Origin: Nitrospirota bacterium
GTDB taxonomy: Bacteria; Nitrospirota; UBA9217
NCBI GenBank assembly: GCA_963749655.1
Contig: CAVVOB010000016.1
Coordinates: 1 to 64,000, forward strand
DNA length: 64,000 nt
Reading direction: 5' to 3'
The notes beneath the pieces were generated by a model. That model ran no database searches. It was not told the origin of the DNA and was given only the letters and a program-made list of their open reading frames with translations. This document shows, in pieces, positions 9,975 to 21,999 of the stretch. The translations under genes and the position numbers were made by a program. Positions within the stretch are counted from its first letter, which is position 1. Every line of letters begins with the position of its first letter.

Positions 9975-10212
9975 AAGAGACGGTAGAACGCAAGCGGCGA
10001 AGCGGGTCCCTTTCTTGCCGTAGTAGGTGCGATCAAACAGCTACAGATTCAAGCTGACTCCACACCGCACCCGGAACTGGCGGAAAAAGGCCGGAAGGCA
10101 TGCGCTTTCCGGCCAATTCACTTTCAATGCAACGAGCACGACACCATCCCTCGAAGTAATGATTCTTTTTGCACTCGAGGGAACCAACGTTAAGCATCCC
10201 ATTCCCACACCC

Positions 10213-10671
10213 TTACGCGGCAATGTCCTCAAGGATCTCGGGCTCAACGAGCTTGGCGAGGAGCGTGAGCGAGTCCTCCCACCCGAGATAACAGGCATCG
10301 ACCGGGATGGCGGCGGGAATGCCCTCCTGCACGATGTCCACCTCGGTCCCGACCGAGACCTTCCTGAGCTGCACCGTCGTCACCATCTCGCCTGTCAGTC
10401 CGGGATCGTCGAACCGGTCCGTGTACACCAGCCGCTCGTTCGGGACCAGTTCGATAAACTCACCGTGGAACGAATGGCTCCTGCCTGTCGTGAAGTTGGT
10501 GAACGACATCCGATAGGACCCGCCCTTTTTCGGGTCGAGCTGGTGGACCTTTCCCGTGAATCCGTCGGGCGGCAGCCATTTGGCCATAGCATCTGCATCG
10601 AGAAACGCGCGGTACACCCGCTCAGGCGCGGCGCGCAGTACGCGATGAAGCTTCACAGTACCTGTAGGCAT
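10213..10671 (-). CDS. SRPBCC (AHSA1) family protein
   Basis: LHRVLRAAPERVYRAFLDADAMAKWLPP...CYLGW; RBS AAGGAGG. Confidence 0.92.
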   Translation of the reverse strand: MPTGTVKLHRVLRAAPERVYRAFLDADAMAKWLPPDGFTGKVHQLDPKKGGSYRMSFTNFTTGRSHSFHGEFIELVPNERLVYTDRFDDPGLTGEMVTTVQLRKVSVGTEVDIVQEGIPAAIPVDACYLGWEDSLTLLAKLVEPEILEDIAA

Positions 10672-10784
10672 GGATATTACCTCCTTCCACTATCTTTCTA
10701 TAACTATTCTAGCTCGCTGGCGGAAAAAGACAAAATGGGATCGTTCCGACGCGAGGCGTGGACCGGAACAAGATCTCGGCATCA

Positions 10785-11911
10785 CTATCGGGCAAGTATC
10801 GCGAGGATCGAGACATTCGCACCGACAAGAAGCAATGCAACATAGGGCGGAACAGCCAGCGTGACGAGGCCAACAAACAGCAGCGCAACCCCACCGATCA
10901 CATGCAGTTGCGACCGAACGTTCGGCACGGCCCATAGATACCAGCCCTGGGCAGCCAGGAAGAGAATCGGCCCTCCAGCCCAGCAGCAGGCTCAGGCAAA
11001 CGAGGTCTGTCCCTGCGGGTGTGCGATCACCTCTTTATTCGCTACCGCCACTGCGATGAGTCCCGCAACCATTACCGTCAGAGCGTTTACCGCATGGCGG
11101 CTGGCGCGAATGGGGTCACTCGTCTTCTCCAAATGTCGAATGATGAGCCGATGGGAACGACCGAAGCTCAGCGCCCACAGGGCGACTGTTCCTGCAAGCG
11201 CGAACGTGCCCGTGATTAGGGTCATCAGCGTCGTAGGGGCCTCAGCGATGGCCGTGCCAGTGGTGAATACCGTCTCGCCCAGAGCGATGAGCAGGAACAG
11301 GCGACAGCGTTCCAGCATATGATCCGCGTCGAACTCGACATTCTCGGAACGCAGCCGCCGCCCGGGAATGGGATGCGCCAACCACCTGCCGATCTGATCG
11401 ATCCCGGCGGCCAGCGCCCACCACAGCACGCGGGCTTCAGGGTTCATCGCCGCGCCCGCGATCCACAAAGGGTGTCGTGGCGATCACCCAGAGAAGCGTC
11501 CGAAAGTAGTGCTCTCGGAGCACCGCATCGGTTGAATTTACAAGCGTCCAGACGGTGCGCCCCAGTTGGATCAGCAGAAGCGGAATGACAAAGGCCCAGC
11601 CTGATGTTGTGAAGGCCCTCGTCACCGAAGCGTTCATGAACAGGCCCAGCAGCATCACCGTCAAGACCAACCAGCGGGTCCGGGATTGATCGGCCCGGAT
11701 CATGGTGGCCGACCAGCTTGTAGTAAACCATACCGCGAAGATGGCCAGCAGCATCACCAGCGTCTCGGCCGCGCCACGCCATGAGAGATGACGTCAGGAG
11801 ATGCTGGGAGAGCTGCGACAGCGCGAATGCGAATACGAGGTCGAAGAACAGCTCCAGCGGAGTGACCTCATATTTTTGTTCGGCTACATTGCGAATGGAA
11901 TGGTCGCTCAT
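10785..11911 (-). CDS. Low temperature requirement protein A (LtrA), frameshifted
   Basis: VTPLELFFDLVFAFALSQL and HMLERCRLFLLIALGET motifs spread over several frames. Confidence 0.85.
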
Positions 11912-11915
11912 AGTG

Positions 11916-12953
11916 TCATTTTGCTCCCTTAGACAAATGCTTTTCCCAAAACCGAACAGCGTGATCTAACCATCCTTCGGCATCGGTTCCTGTGCCAAGC
12001 CCGAAGCCGTGACCGGCAGTTCTGTATCTACGATATTCGACCTCTACCCCGGCGTTTCGCAGATTTTCGACGCGCTTGTCAACGACCGCAATATTCGCTA
12101 TAGGATCATTTTCGCTCACCGTAATAAAAGTTGGAGGAAAAACTTTTGAATAGCTTGATTGACCGGTATAAGCAATAACCGCTATAGATGGTTTCGGCAG
12201 ATTACCGCCCCCGTAGGCTGCAACTCCGCTTAAAGCAATATTGCCCACCATCCTGGCGCCGGCAGAACCTCCCCATAAAGAGTAATCTTCAGTGCTTACT
12301 CCGAGTGCTTTTGCATTCCTGAAAATATAGGCTATTGCCGCCGCCAGGTCTTCCGTTGCCCTTTGCTCGCTGTCAATGCGATACCGTATGACAAAAGCGT
12401 TATATTTCTTCTTGCTTATCTCCAAAGCGAGCGGAAAACCTTCATGCAGGGAGCCGACATAGGAAAATCCTCCGCCAGGGCACACAATGGCAAACGGTGC
12501 TCCCGGTTCTCCCCGGAAGTAGAAGAGTCCTGTGTGTTCTTTGGCGGGGTCCTCCTGCTTTTGCTGCTCGGTATAGAAATCGTAGAATATGGTTTTGCCG
12601 TCTTTGACTTCGTCAATCATGTGGTTAAGCGCAGCCACTACAATGTCAGGGTCCACATGGCTGTGATAAGGCATGAGCGAACGAACATTATTCAGCGGCG
12701 TGTCATAGTAATAGGTGTTATTATCCGTCGGAAGGATGAGCTGGCTAAAGCCTTTAAATGCCGGATGGTCCACGATGTCGCGCACGGTATCATTGGTTGT
12801 TATATGGTCATAGCTTCCATGCTCTTTCAATGCCGTTGTCTTGCTGTAGGGTGTCATATGAAACTTCCTGGTCTCTTGAGCAACGAGATCGATGCCAATG
12901 ATACATGAGATGGTGATTCCGACCAGGAGCAATGTTGTTATTCGACTCGGCAA
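11916..12953 (-). CDS. Secreted alpha/beta hydrolase
   Basis: Signal peptide; CPGGG oxyanion loop, WGGSAG nucleophile, D, and GHGFG. Confidence 0.88.
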   Translation of the reverse strand: MPSRITTLLLVGITISCIIGIDLVAQETRKFHMTPYSKTTALKEHGSYDHITTNDTVRDIVDHPAFKGFSQLILPTDNNTYYYDTPLNNVRSLMPYHSHVDPDIVVAALNHMIDEVKDGKTIFYDFYTEQQKQEDPAKEHTGLFYFRGEPGAPFAIVCPGGGFSYVGSLHEGFPLALEISKKKYNAFVIRYRIDSEQRATEDLAAAIAYIFRNAKALGVSTEDYSLWGGSAGARMVGNIALSGVAAYGGGNLPKPSIAVIAYTGQSSYSKVFPPTFITVSENDPIANIAVVDKRVENLRNAGVEVEYRRYRTAGHGFGLGTGTDAEGWLDHAVRFWEKHLSKGAK

Positions 12954-13031
12954 GCTGCCCCCCCTTACCGTCCCGGCCGATATGAAGCCTTTGTGCCAGA
13001 AAGGCTCTTTTTCTCCTCTCTGCAGTCAAAA

Positions 13032-13567
13032 TCAGGAAATACTCAATCTTTCTACCCAACTCGACACGTCTGATTCAGCTGACGCTGCGCTGGTTCCATG
13101 GATAGCGATTCCCTCCAATACTGGCAGCCTTAGGACATGCTTTGGCAATGTCCTTTTCGCTATGGCCCATGCCGCTGCCTTCATGGGTGCAAAATGGAAC
13201 GATCTTCTTTCCGGAAAAATCATAACTCTCCAGGAACGTATACACCGGCATGGGCATCGTTCCCCACCAATTCGGATATCCCAGGAAGATCACATCATAT
13301 GCCTCTCATGTTCTCAACCTGTCCTGTCAGCTTCGGCCTGGCTTTGGCACGCAGTTCATTCTTGGCAACTTCCGTAGTTTCCGTATAATCGTTGGGATAG
13401 GCTGTGACGGATTCAATATGAAACATATCTCCGCCCGTTATTTTCTGAATCATGTTTGCGACAACTTCGGTATTGCCGACTTTTAGATCGACAAGCCTGC
13501 CGCTGACATAATTTTGTCCCTTCCGGGAAAAATAGGCTATCAGGCATTTTTTATTCGTTAGATTCAT
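13032..13567 (-). CDS. Flavodoxin, frameshifted
   Basis: LIAYFSRKG...GNTEVVA, IFLGYPNWWGTMPMPV, PFCTHEGSG across three frames. Confidence 0.88.
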
Positions 13568-13588
13568 AATGAAAAACTCCTCTAATTC

Positions 13589-13913
13589 TTATTTCTGATC
13601 AATCACTTTTTTCAAATGACTAAGCCCTGACGCTGCTGTCGGCCATCCGGCGTAGAATGCAATATGCGTGATCGCAGCCACAAGTTCTTCCTTCGTAAGT
13701 CCGTTTTCCAGAGCCTTCTTAAGATGAAATTCGACCTGCTCGATACGATTCAGCGCGACAAGGACGGTGACCGTGATCAGGCTTTTATCGCGCTGCGAGA
13801 GCGGCGGGACGTTTCCAAACATCACCGAAAAGAACGTCCTGTGTCAATTGCGCATAATCCGGCGCCAGAGCCTTCAATTCATCAGTCGCTTTTTTTACAT
13901 CACTGTCTGACAT
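13589..13913 (-). CDS. Carboxymuconolactone decarboxylase family protein, frameshifted
   Basis: APDYAQLTQDVLFGDVW then LSQRDKSLIT...ITHIAFYAGWP. Confidence 0.88.
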
Positions 13914-13932
13914 GGGTAATCTCCCTTTTTTA

Positions 13933-14019
13933 AACCACTGATGAACCCCAGATAAGATCAGAAAACAGTTGCTGGTCATCCGGTCTTTAACCTGTGTTCA
14001 TCTGTGTTTATCTGTGGTT
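13933..14019. repeat. Palindromic miniature element (ACCACAGATGAACAC-type)
   Basis: AACCACTGATGAAC ... TGTGTTCATCTGTGTTTATCTGTGGTT inverted arms. Confidence 0.6.
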
Positions 14020-14048
14020 CCTATCGGTCTTCAGTTACTCCCTGTTCT

Positions 14049-15066
14049 TTACGGCCGCAGCAACGTCTTGATTGCGCGGCGCTCGTCCATTGCGCGGTAG
14101 CCCTCGGCCACTTGGTCAAGCGGCAGGGTCAGGTCGAATACTTTGCCGGGGTCGATCTTCCCCTTCAGCACAAGGTCGATCAGATCGGGCAGATAGCGGC
14201 GCACCGGAGCTGGGCCGCCATGGAGATGGATGTGGGCGAAGAACAGTTCCTGACCATTGAGCTCGACTCCGTGCGGAACGCCGACGAATCCCATGTGTCC
14301 GCCCGGACGGGTGGCATGAATCGCCTGCATCATCGACTCCTTCGTACCGACGCACTCCAGCACCGAGTCAGCGCCGATCCCTTTGGTCATCTCTTTGATC
14401 CGGGCCACGCCCTCGTCACCGCGCTCGGTCACGATGTCGGTCGCGCCGAACTCGCGGGCGAGCTTTGTCCGCGACTCATGACGACTCATCGCGATGATCC
14501 GCGCGGCACCCATCTGTTTTGCAGAGAGCACGCCGAGAAGCCCGACCGCGCCGTCGCCCACGACCACGACAGTCTTGCCCGGCTTCACATTGGCCGCTTC
14601 AGCTGCGAACCAGCCGGTGCCCATGACATCCGAGAGCGTCAGCAGGCTCGGGATCTGGTCGACCGAGGGAACAGCCGGGGTCGCAACCAGGGTGCCGTCC
14701 GCGTGAGGAACGCGCAGAAAGGGCGCCTGTGCACCGCCCATAAGCTCGCGATGCTGGCAGGACGACTGATATCCGATCTGGCAGGTGGGGCAGGTGTTGT
14801 CGGACGCAAAGAACGAACCGATGACGAACTGGCCGCGTTTGACCGATGGTGACCGCGCTGCCGACCTCCTCGACAATGCCGCAGTACTCGTGCCCCATCG
14901 GGGTCGGCTGGGTGATCGGGTTGATGCCGCGGTAGGGCCACAAATCGGACCCGCACACGCAGGTGGCCGAGATCTTGATAATGGCATCAGTCGGTTTGAT
15001 GATTTTCGGGTAGTCGCGCTCCTCGAATCGCACATCGCGCGGTCCATGGATAACAGATACTTTCAT
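14049..15066 (-). CDS. Zinc-dependent alcohol dehydrogenase, frameshifted near 14845
   Basis: CVCGSDL, MGHEYCG and VGDGAVG motifs. Confidence 0.92.
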
Positions 15067-15204
15067 GATTTATCTCCCTAGTATGATTTTCCTCTTCAAA
15101 GTATATATCATTTTTTGTGCGGTGCTCTATCGATCACAAAGCGGCACTGCACGTTGTGTTTTACGCATGATTCAAACCATAAAAAAACAAAACCTACAAC
15201 CTTT

Positions 15205-15280
15205 TACCGCGGAGACGCAGAGGCGCAGAGAACTTCAACTTCCTGTATCTTTCAATCCCGAGCTGCATATCTGCGGTGAA
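15205..15280. repeat. Palindromic element (CCGCGGAGACGCAGAG family)
   Basis: TACCGCGGAGACGCAGAGGCGCAGAG ... CTGCGGTGAA; related arms at 8929-8954, 25942-25970 and 50222-50311. Confidence 0.65.
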
Positions 15281-15293
15281 TGTTTCGACATTT

Positions 15294-15426
15294 GATGGCT
15301 CCGTAAAAAAGTCGTCATTCCCGCTTGTCGGGAATCGTAGTGATTTACAACGTTTTGAAAAGAAATGATTCCGGACAAGCCGGAATGACGTCAAAAGCAG
15401 GTTTGTGACTTTTTACGAGAACCATC
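15294..15426. mobile_element. 133-bp MITE-like element with terminal inverted repeats and a 6-bp target duplication
   Basis: GATGGCTCCGTAAAAAAGTC ... GACTTTTTACGAGAACCATC flanked by ACATTT on both sides; internal GTCATTCCCG...CCGGAATGAC palindrome. Confidence 0.75.
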
Positions 15427-15430
15427 ACAT

Positions 15431-16627
<1,197 letters not shown>

Positions 16628-16790
16628 CTATTACATAAACTGTTCCGCCCTGTTGATGATCATATCCTACCCCTGAAAGAACAGAGCAGGTAGACCAATT
16701 CTGCTCATTTCTTGCCTAATTCTCTGAAACCTTCCATAATCGGGTTGACAGCGAAGCTGGGTCTGGTAGTATAGGGACAGAGAGGTATCC

Positions 16791-17735
16791 ATGAGAAAGC
16801 CGGTAAAAAAGCTGGTGTTTGAGAATATTGAAATGGAAGGTGCGCTCGAAACTTTGGGAAAGAGCATTGCCCGATGGACCGGCAATGACGATCGCGTCGA
16901 GACCACCATCCCGGGCCTGACACTGTATCGGCGGGACGAGCCGAGCGAGCCGATAAGCATTATGTACGAACCGCGCATTTGCGTGGTCGCGCAAGGGGCC
17001 AAGCGCGTGCTGCTGGGTGATGAGACGTATGCGTACGACGCTCACCATTTCTTGATCACGTCCGTGGGTCTGCCCACGTTTGCGCAGATCATCAAAGCGA
17101 GCCGGGAGAAGCCGTGCCTGGGGCTCATATTGAAACTCGATCAGCGCGTGTTGTCACAACTGATGGTGGACAGCAATCTTCCGCCGCCCCGTCCGCAGCA
17201 ATCGAGCCGCGGAATCGCGACCGGCGAGGTTACGCTGCCCCTGCTCTCCACCTTTCAACGGTTGATAGACCTGCTTGATGACCCCAAGGATATCCCGATC
17301 CTTGCGCCGATCATCGAGCGGGAAATTTTTTATCGTATGCTTGTAGGTGATCAGGGTGTGCGATTGCGCCAGATGGCGTCAACGGGAAGTCAAAGCCGGC
17401 AGATAGCGCGGGCAATCGATTGGTTGAAGGGCAACTTCACACGGCCGCTGCGAATAGAGGATCTCGCCAGCCAGGTCAACATGAGCACATCAACCTTCCA
17501 TCATCATTTCCGGGCGGTGACGGCCATGAGTCCGCTGCAGTACCAGAAATGGCTGCGTTTGAACGAAGCGCGGCGGTTGATGCTCGCTGAAGATCAGGAC
17601 GCGACGACCTCGGCGTTCCAGGTCGGCTATGAGAGCCCTTCCCAGTTCAGTCGCGAGTACGGTCGCTTGTTCGGCGCCCCGCCGGTGCGCGACATCACGA
17701 ACCTGCGACAGATGGCTACGGCAGATGTGGGGTAG
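16791..17735 (+). CDS. AraC-family transcriptional regulator (YqhC-like)
   Basis: CVVAQGAKRV N-domain; MSPLQYQK and VGYESPSQFSREY HTH; divergent from the AKR operon. Confidence 0.95.
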   Translation: MRKPVKKLVFENIEMEGALETLGKSIARWTGNDDRVETTIPGLTLYRRDEPSEPISIMYEPRICVVAQGAKRVLLGDETYAYDAHHFLITSVGLPTFAQIIKASREKPCLGLILKLDQRVLSQLMVDSNLPPPRPQQSSRGIATGEVTLPLLSTFQRLIDLLDDPKDIPILAPIIEREIFYRMLVGDQGVRLRQMASTGSQSRQIARAIDWLKGNFTRPLRIEDLASQVNMSTSTFHHHFRAVTAMSPLQYQKWLRLNEARRLMLAEDQDATTSAFQVGYESPSQFSREYGRLFGAPPVRDITNLRQMATADVG

Positions 17736-17744
17736 TCTCATATA

Positions 17745-18515
17745 CTAAACAGGAAATACAACCCCGGACAAGCGGCTGCATTCTGAAAGATACTTTTCCT
17801 GGACAGCCGGATCCGCAGCAGCGGGATGAAAGTTCCTGGGCTGCAGATGATAGAAATATCCTCCCGAGACCAGGGTTTCCTTGTCCCGGCTCACCGCCAG
17901 CCACACCTGCGTCCGCGACCCCTCCTCGATGCTGACGGGCGCTCCCGACCCGCCCATTTTCGTGGCCGCCCAGCCGGGCTCCTTTGCGTTGGACAATACG
18001 TCGAACCATTTGCGGGCGACAGCAAAAGCAAGGATGACGTTGTGCAGCTTCGAATCAGCGTACGCGCTCGATTCCGAGCATGTCCGGCTGCTCCACGTCA
18101 GGTCGTTCAAGGCAGCGTCGCCGCTTCGATGCAGACCAGAGCTCGTATAGACCAGACGTTTCGGTCTCCTGATCAGGCACGTCAGGATATAGGGGGCCAG
18201 AGAGTTCACCACAAAGATCTCCGGCAAGCCGTCGACAGTGCGCCTGCAATGATCATCGCCGTACACGCCGGCATTATGGATCACGGCGTCGAATGGTCCC
18301 CGATCGTTCACCTGGTCCGCAAGGGACCTGGTTTCCGCGATGCTGGAGAGATCGCCCACAACCGCGCTCAACGCGCTCGGGACTTTGGAAAGCGCGTCGT
18401 CCGCCCGCTTTTGATTGCGGCCATGCAGCACGACTTGGTGGCCCTGTGCGACCAGCATTCGCGCCTCCATAAGACCGAGACCGTCAGCAGAGCCTGAAAT
18501 GAATATCCTTGCCAT
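17745..18515 (-). CDS. Short-chain dehydrogenase/reductase
   Basis: ISGSADGLG, HNAG and YADSK motifs. Confidence 0.92.
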   Translation of the reverse strand: MARIFISGSADGLGLMEARMLVAQGHQVVLHGRNQKRADDALSKVPSALSAVVGDLSSIAETRSLADQVNDRGPFDAVIHNAGVYGDDHCRRTVDGLPEIFVVNSLAPYILTCLIRRPKRLVYTSSGLHRSGDAALNDLTWSSRTCSESSAYADSKLHNVILAFAVARKWFDVLSNAKEPGWAATKMGGSGAPVSIEEGSRTQVWLAVSRDKETLVSGGYFYHLQPRNFHPAAADPAVQEKYLSECSRLSGVVFPV

Positions 18516-18757
18516 GCGTTTTCTCCTGCCGTCTTCAGTATAGCGCAGACACTTGACCGGAACCGGGGGAGCATTCACCGCGACAACGCGGACCAGGCAA
18601 GCAAGGCGTAGTCGTATAGTGCGGGAGATGATCGTAAGGTCAGCGGACATGAGGAACGCTTCATCGAATCAGTTGGGGGGGAATGACAATAGAGAAGGAA
18701 TTAAAGAGGAAGGCATAAGGACGCCCCGGTCACTATGTTTCCACAGCTCTCGACGGA

Positions 18758-19390
18758 TCAAAAGACACACTTGTTCTCATAGTGCGTCGGCCGGCTGTCT
18801 CCTGCCTTGGCGAAATCGCGCTCAGCCTCGACGGTCTTTCCCAGCTTCAAATAGGCGATCGCCCGGTTGTTATATGCCTTCAAATAGTCGGGATTCAGCT
18901 CGATGGCTTTTGTGTAGTCCTGGATGGCCTCGTCGATCTTCTCCAGCTCATAATACGCAATACCCCGAATGTTGTACGCTATCTGGTTTTTGGGATACAG
19001 GCGGATCACCTCGGTGAAGTCTTCTATTGCATCGTCCATTCTACCCAGGCGATACAACGATACGCCCCGGTTAAAGTGGGCAGTGTAATCGTCCGGCGAG
19101 AGTTGAAGCGCCCTGGTAAATTCCTTTGCCCCGTCGGCAAACTTCAATTGGAGCATGTAAACCTTTCCCATGCGGTCGTAGGCCTCGACGGAATTCGGGT
19201 CAAGGGCGAGCACCTCCTGAAACGTCTTTCTCGCTTCCTCGAATCTGCCGCTTTCCTGCAAACTACGCCCCTGCTCCAGAAGCTCCTGTACCTTGGCTTT
19301 CGAATCGGGGGCCTGGACTTCTTCAGCCGCGAATGCGGGCGCTGCGCTGATCAGGGAGATGAGCGCCGCTGCTATGAGCGTCTTATTCAT
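18758..19390 (-). CDS. Secreted tetratricopeptide repeat protein
   Basis: Signal peptide (PAFA-AEE) followed by about five TPRs (AYNNRAIAY etc.). Confidence 0.9.
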   Translation of the reverse strand: MNKTLIAAALISLISAAPAFAAEEVQAPDSKAKVQELLEQGRSLQESGRFEEARKTFQEVLALDPNSVEAYDRMGKVYMLQLKFADGAKEFTRALQLSPDDYTAHFNRGVSLYRLGRMDDAIEDFTEVIRLYPKNQIAYNIRGIAYYELEKIDEAIQDYTKAIELNPDYLKAYNNRAIAYLKLGKTVEAERDFAKAGDSRPTHYENKCVF

Positions 19391-19758
19391 GATATCTGCT
19401 TCTCAACCACAGAGACCTTTCGCCTTATACCTGGTCCTGATATTACTTCTTTCAAAAGAAGAAATCATCACTCAATACAGTTCACGAACTTTTACTTGCG
19501 TTTACCTCAATTCGTAATTTTACACGCATGCCGTTCCTCGCTGCTGATACTTTCAGCGTATGGAGCAGGGGAGATAATGCTGACTCGACAGGTAAGATGG
19601 TAAGCGTGAGTCTGATGGGTACGTCGGAGAGGAAGTAGTCTGATATTGAAACCACTGCAGCAAGCTGCAGGAAAGGGCCTATTCCGTAATTTCTCTGATG
19701 GAAGGACGCAATTGCTGCATAAAGTGGTATCCGCAGCGCAGCCGGCTACAACCGGGGC

Positions 19759-20274
19759 TCATTCCTCCGGATGGTACCGATCGATCCTCACGAGCGCCAT
19801 GTCCCCTATCTTTTGCGTCGTGATCTGCAGTTCATAGGAGCTCCTGCCCGGGGCCTTTATCGTGTCCAGCACGACTGAAATCCCTTCGTAAGCCCGGCCT
19901 GCCGCAAGGGTCTCGACGATCGCATTTTTGATCCTGCACGTCTCGCAATGCGCGTCCTTGCCGCAGCCCGCCTCGGTAAAGGCATATACACAATCAAAGA
20001 CCTGGCCGCCGCGGCGCTGCTCAGCCTGATCCAGCTCCTTATCGAACAGATCGAGCGCTTTTTTGTTCGCCGTGTAAACCAGTCTCGGTTCCGCCTGCAT
20101 AACGAGCACCGGAGCATCTATGGCATCGGCATACGCCTTCAGGCTCGAAGCAGTGCTCGAAGTATGAAAAAGACCTGCGCAGGAACTGCATACCACTGCT
20201 GCGATAGCGCCCCCGGCCGGCCGATCGTGACCATGAACCGCATTTGTCCCGCAGAACGTGCAGCGTTGTTGCAT
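19759..20274 (-). CDS. Cys-rich PAS-like hypothetical protein
   Basis: N-terminal CxxC...CxxC; GQVFDC...GCG...CETCRIKN. Confidence 0.7.
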   Translation of the reverse strand: MQQRCTFCGTNAVHGHDRPAGGAIAAVVCSSCAGLFHTSSTASSLKAYADAIDAPVLVMQAEPRLVYTANKKALDLFDKELDQAEQRRGGQVFDCVYAFTEAGCGKDAHCETCRIKNAIVETLAAGRAYEGISVVLDTIKAPGRSSYELQITTQKIGDMALVRIDRYHPEE

Positions 20275-20290
20275 GCTTTCCCCCAGGGTA

Positions 20291-20463
20291 TTAATCTTTC
20301 AGCTGATGCTCTTTATCCATGCCCGACATGCCCTTCGTGCAGCGGGCCATCGGCCCTCTTTCTCGCATTTTTCTCGTTATGAAAATGCATGCCCCGAACA
20401 TCACAAAGATCATGACCGGAAAAAACCACCACCATTCAGCTCTGAAGCATTCGCCGGGAGCAT
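20291..20463 (-). CDS. Small membrane protein of about 57 aa (one frameshift near the start; absent from ORF track)
   Basis: RBS AAGGAGG and ATG at 20463; shifted frame reads GECFRAEWWWFFPVMIFVMFGACIFITRKMRERGPMARC...KD*. Confidence 0.55.
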
Positions 20464-20487
20464 GAGCAATACCCTCCTTTTATCGCT

Positions 20488-20517
20488 ATAGACGCATATC
20501 AGGAAAAAAAGGATACA
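20488..20517 (-). promoter_or_regulatory. Putative ECF sigma promoter, copy A
   Basis: Minus strand TGTATC-N17-CGTCTAT just upstream of an RBS. Confidence 0.7.
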
Positions 20518-20613
20518 GCCGATTGAACCAGTTCTTAGTTCTGAGTTCAGAGTTTTGAGTAAGAAGTGTATCTGGTGAACCGTTGTTGTTTTACCGCCAT
20601 GTCATGCCGGCGG

Positions 20614-21069
20614 CTATTGCCGCCCCACTTTCACAAGAAAGTGACAGACCTCATCGCCCCTGCCGATCGTCTGCAAGATTTCGACCTCGATCGGCCTGCC
20701 TGCCACCGAGGCGAATATGGTCTCCGTCATCCCCTGCGAACAGTAGCACTGCACCCTGTGCAGTTCGATCAGGCCGGACCTGACCAGGGGACATCCGCAC
20801 TCCCTGAATATTCCTCTGATCGACTTCTGTTCCTGCACCCATTTGCCCGACAATCCACGAGCTTCGCGGATCATGTTCCACCCGGTCACAAGGTCGTCGA
20901 GTGAGCCGACGTTTCTGCCGAGGTATCTTTCGCAGAGCGAAAGGATGTCCGCTGCGCACCCCTGTCCGCAGGGTTTCATGATCAGGGCCTGCTGCTGTTC
21001 GTCAAGTCCGCTGATGCTTGCGTGAAGAAGTGAGACCCAGCTTTTGTTCTTGTTGATGGGCAGGTTCAT
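20614..21069 (-). CDS. Cys-rich V4R/DUF6144-like protein
   Basis: CGQGC, CGCP, CYCSQG, TIGRGDEVCHF. Confidence 0.7.
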   Translation of the reverse strand: MNLPINKNKSWVSLLHASISGLDEQQQALIMKPCGQGCAADILSLCERYLGRNVGSLDDLVTGWNMIREARGLSGKWVQEQKSIRGIFRECGCPLVRSGLIELHRVQCYCSQGMTETIFASVAGRPIEVEILQTIGRGDEVCHFLVKVGRQ

Positions 21070-21153
21070 TGCAACTCCTCCAGCGGGATCAAGGCCCGTA
21101 AGCGTGTTCATCCGTGTCTCAATGCAGACATCCGCAGTGTATTCCTGCGTCGT

Positions 21154-21477
21154 TCACTGTCTCCGCTCGACAGTCCTGCAAACTTCTTCCGTAACGAATA
21201 TCGGGGCCTTCCCGTTTCCAAGCTTGACCTGTATTACTTTGCCGATGAGTTCCGCGGGGGAGTCTTCCAGCGGCCCGACTTCAACCTGCTCGCCCCGCTC
21301 GCGCATCATTTGTGCAAAATCCTCAGGCGAGACAGGAACCCTCGACAACTTCTCCATCCTGACCAGCATCTGCAGGTCTGTACAGCCGACTTCCCTTCCG
21401 AGCATGTGCCATCCCGGGTGCCGGGCAGATGCCGGCAGCGGCATAAAGAACAGAATACAGAAGAACAGACGAACCAT
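21154..21477 (-). CDS. Hypothetical secreted protein
   Basis: Signal peptide-like N-terminus; RBS AAGGGGG. Confidence 0.6.
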   Translation of the reverse strand: MVRLFFCILFFMPLPASARHPGWHMLGREVGCTDLQMLVRMEKLSRVPVSPEDFAQMMRERGEQVEVGPLEDSPAELIGKVIQVKLGNGKAPIFVTEEVCRTVERRQ

Positions 21478-21497
21478 ATGCAGCCCCCTTGCGTTGT

Positions 21498-21953
21498 TTA
21501 CTCGACCGGCAGAGATGCTTTTCCTTCGACAAGGAACGAAATGATCAGGCCCTCCAGCACGGAGCCTGTGAGCAGCAGCACGAGCTCAAGAAGATTGAGG
21601 ATCAGGGGCTCCTGGAGCAGGGTGTGATAGATGAACCACTCCTGGAACAGCCAATACAGTGCCCAGATCAGCAGGCCCCAGAAGAGTCCTTTTTGGACCC
21701 AGTTCCTGCCCGGGACGGCAGCCCGAAGAATCGCGAAGAACAGGCCATGGAGGGCGCTCAAGAGAACAAGACCGGCCACGGAAGCCGGGATATCTCGTTT
21801 CGGCGTGATCTCGATGAACAGCCGGCTTTGAAGCGCGGGATCGTAAAGTACCGATTTGATCAACGGGAGCGAAAAGAGCGCTCCCAAAACGCCGTTGCCG
21901 ATGAATCCGCCCAGCAGTCCTGCAACAATTGCCTTTCCGTAATTCCTCTTCAT
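21498..21953 (-). CDS. Hypothetical four-helix membrane protein
   Basis: KGLFWGLLIW motif; RBS GAGGAG. Confidence 0.75.
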   Translation of the reverse strand: MKRNYGKAIVAGLLGGFIGNGVLGALFSLPLIKSVLYDPALQSRLFIEITPKRDIPASVAGLVLLSALHGLFFAILRAAVPGRNWVQKGLFWGLLIWALYWLFQEWFIYHTLLQEPLILNLLELVLLLTGSVLEGLIISFLVEGKASLPVE

Positions 21954-21999
21954 TATTTAACTCCTCACGTGCAATAAGGATAATGAGGCGCTCATGTTT

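Noticed and set aside
9403-9993. 342-aa version of the VOC protein
   Set aside because: The N-terminal extension is an alternative frame of the upstream membrane gene; the likely start is 9402.
14840-14850. Programmed ribosomal frameshifting in ADH and other split genes
   Set aside because: No consistent slippery heptamer; the indels are scattered over many unrelated genes, which fits sequencing error.
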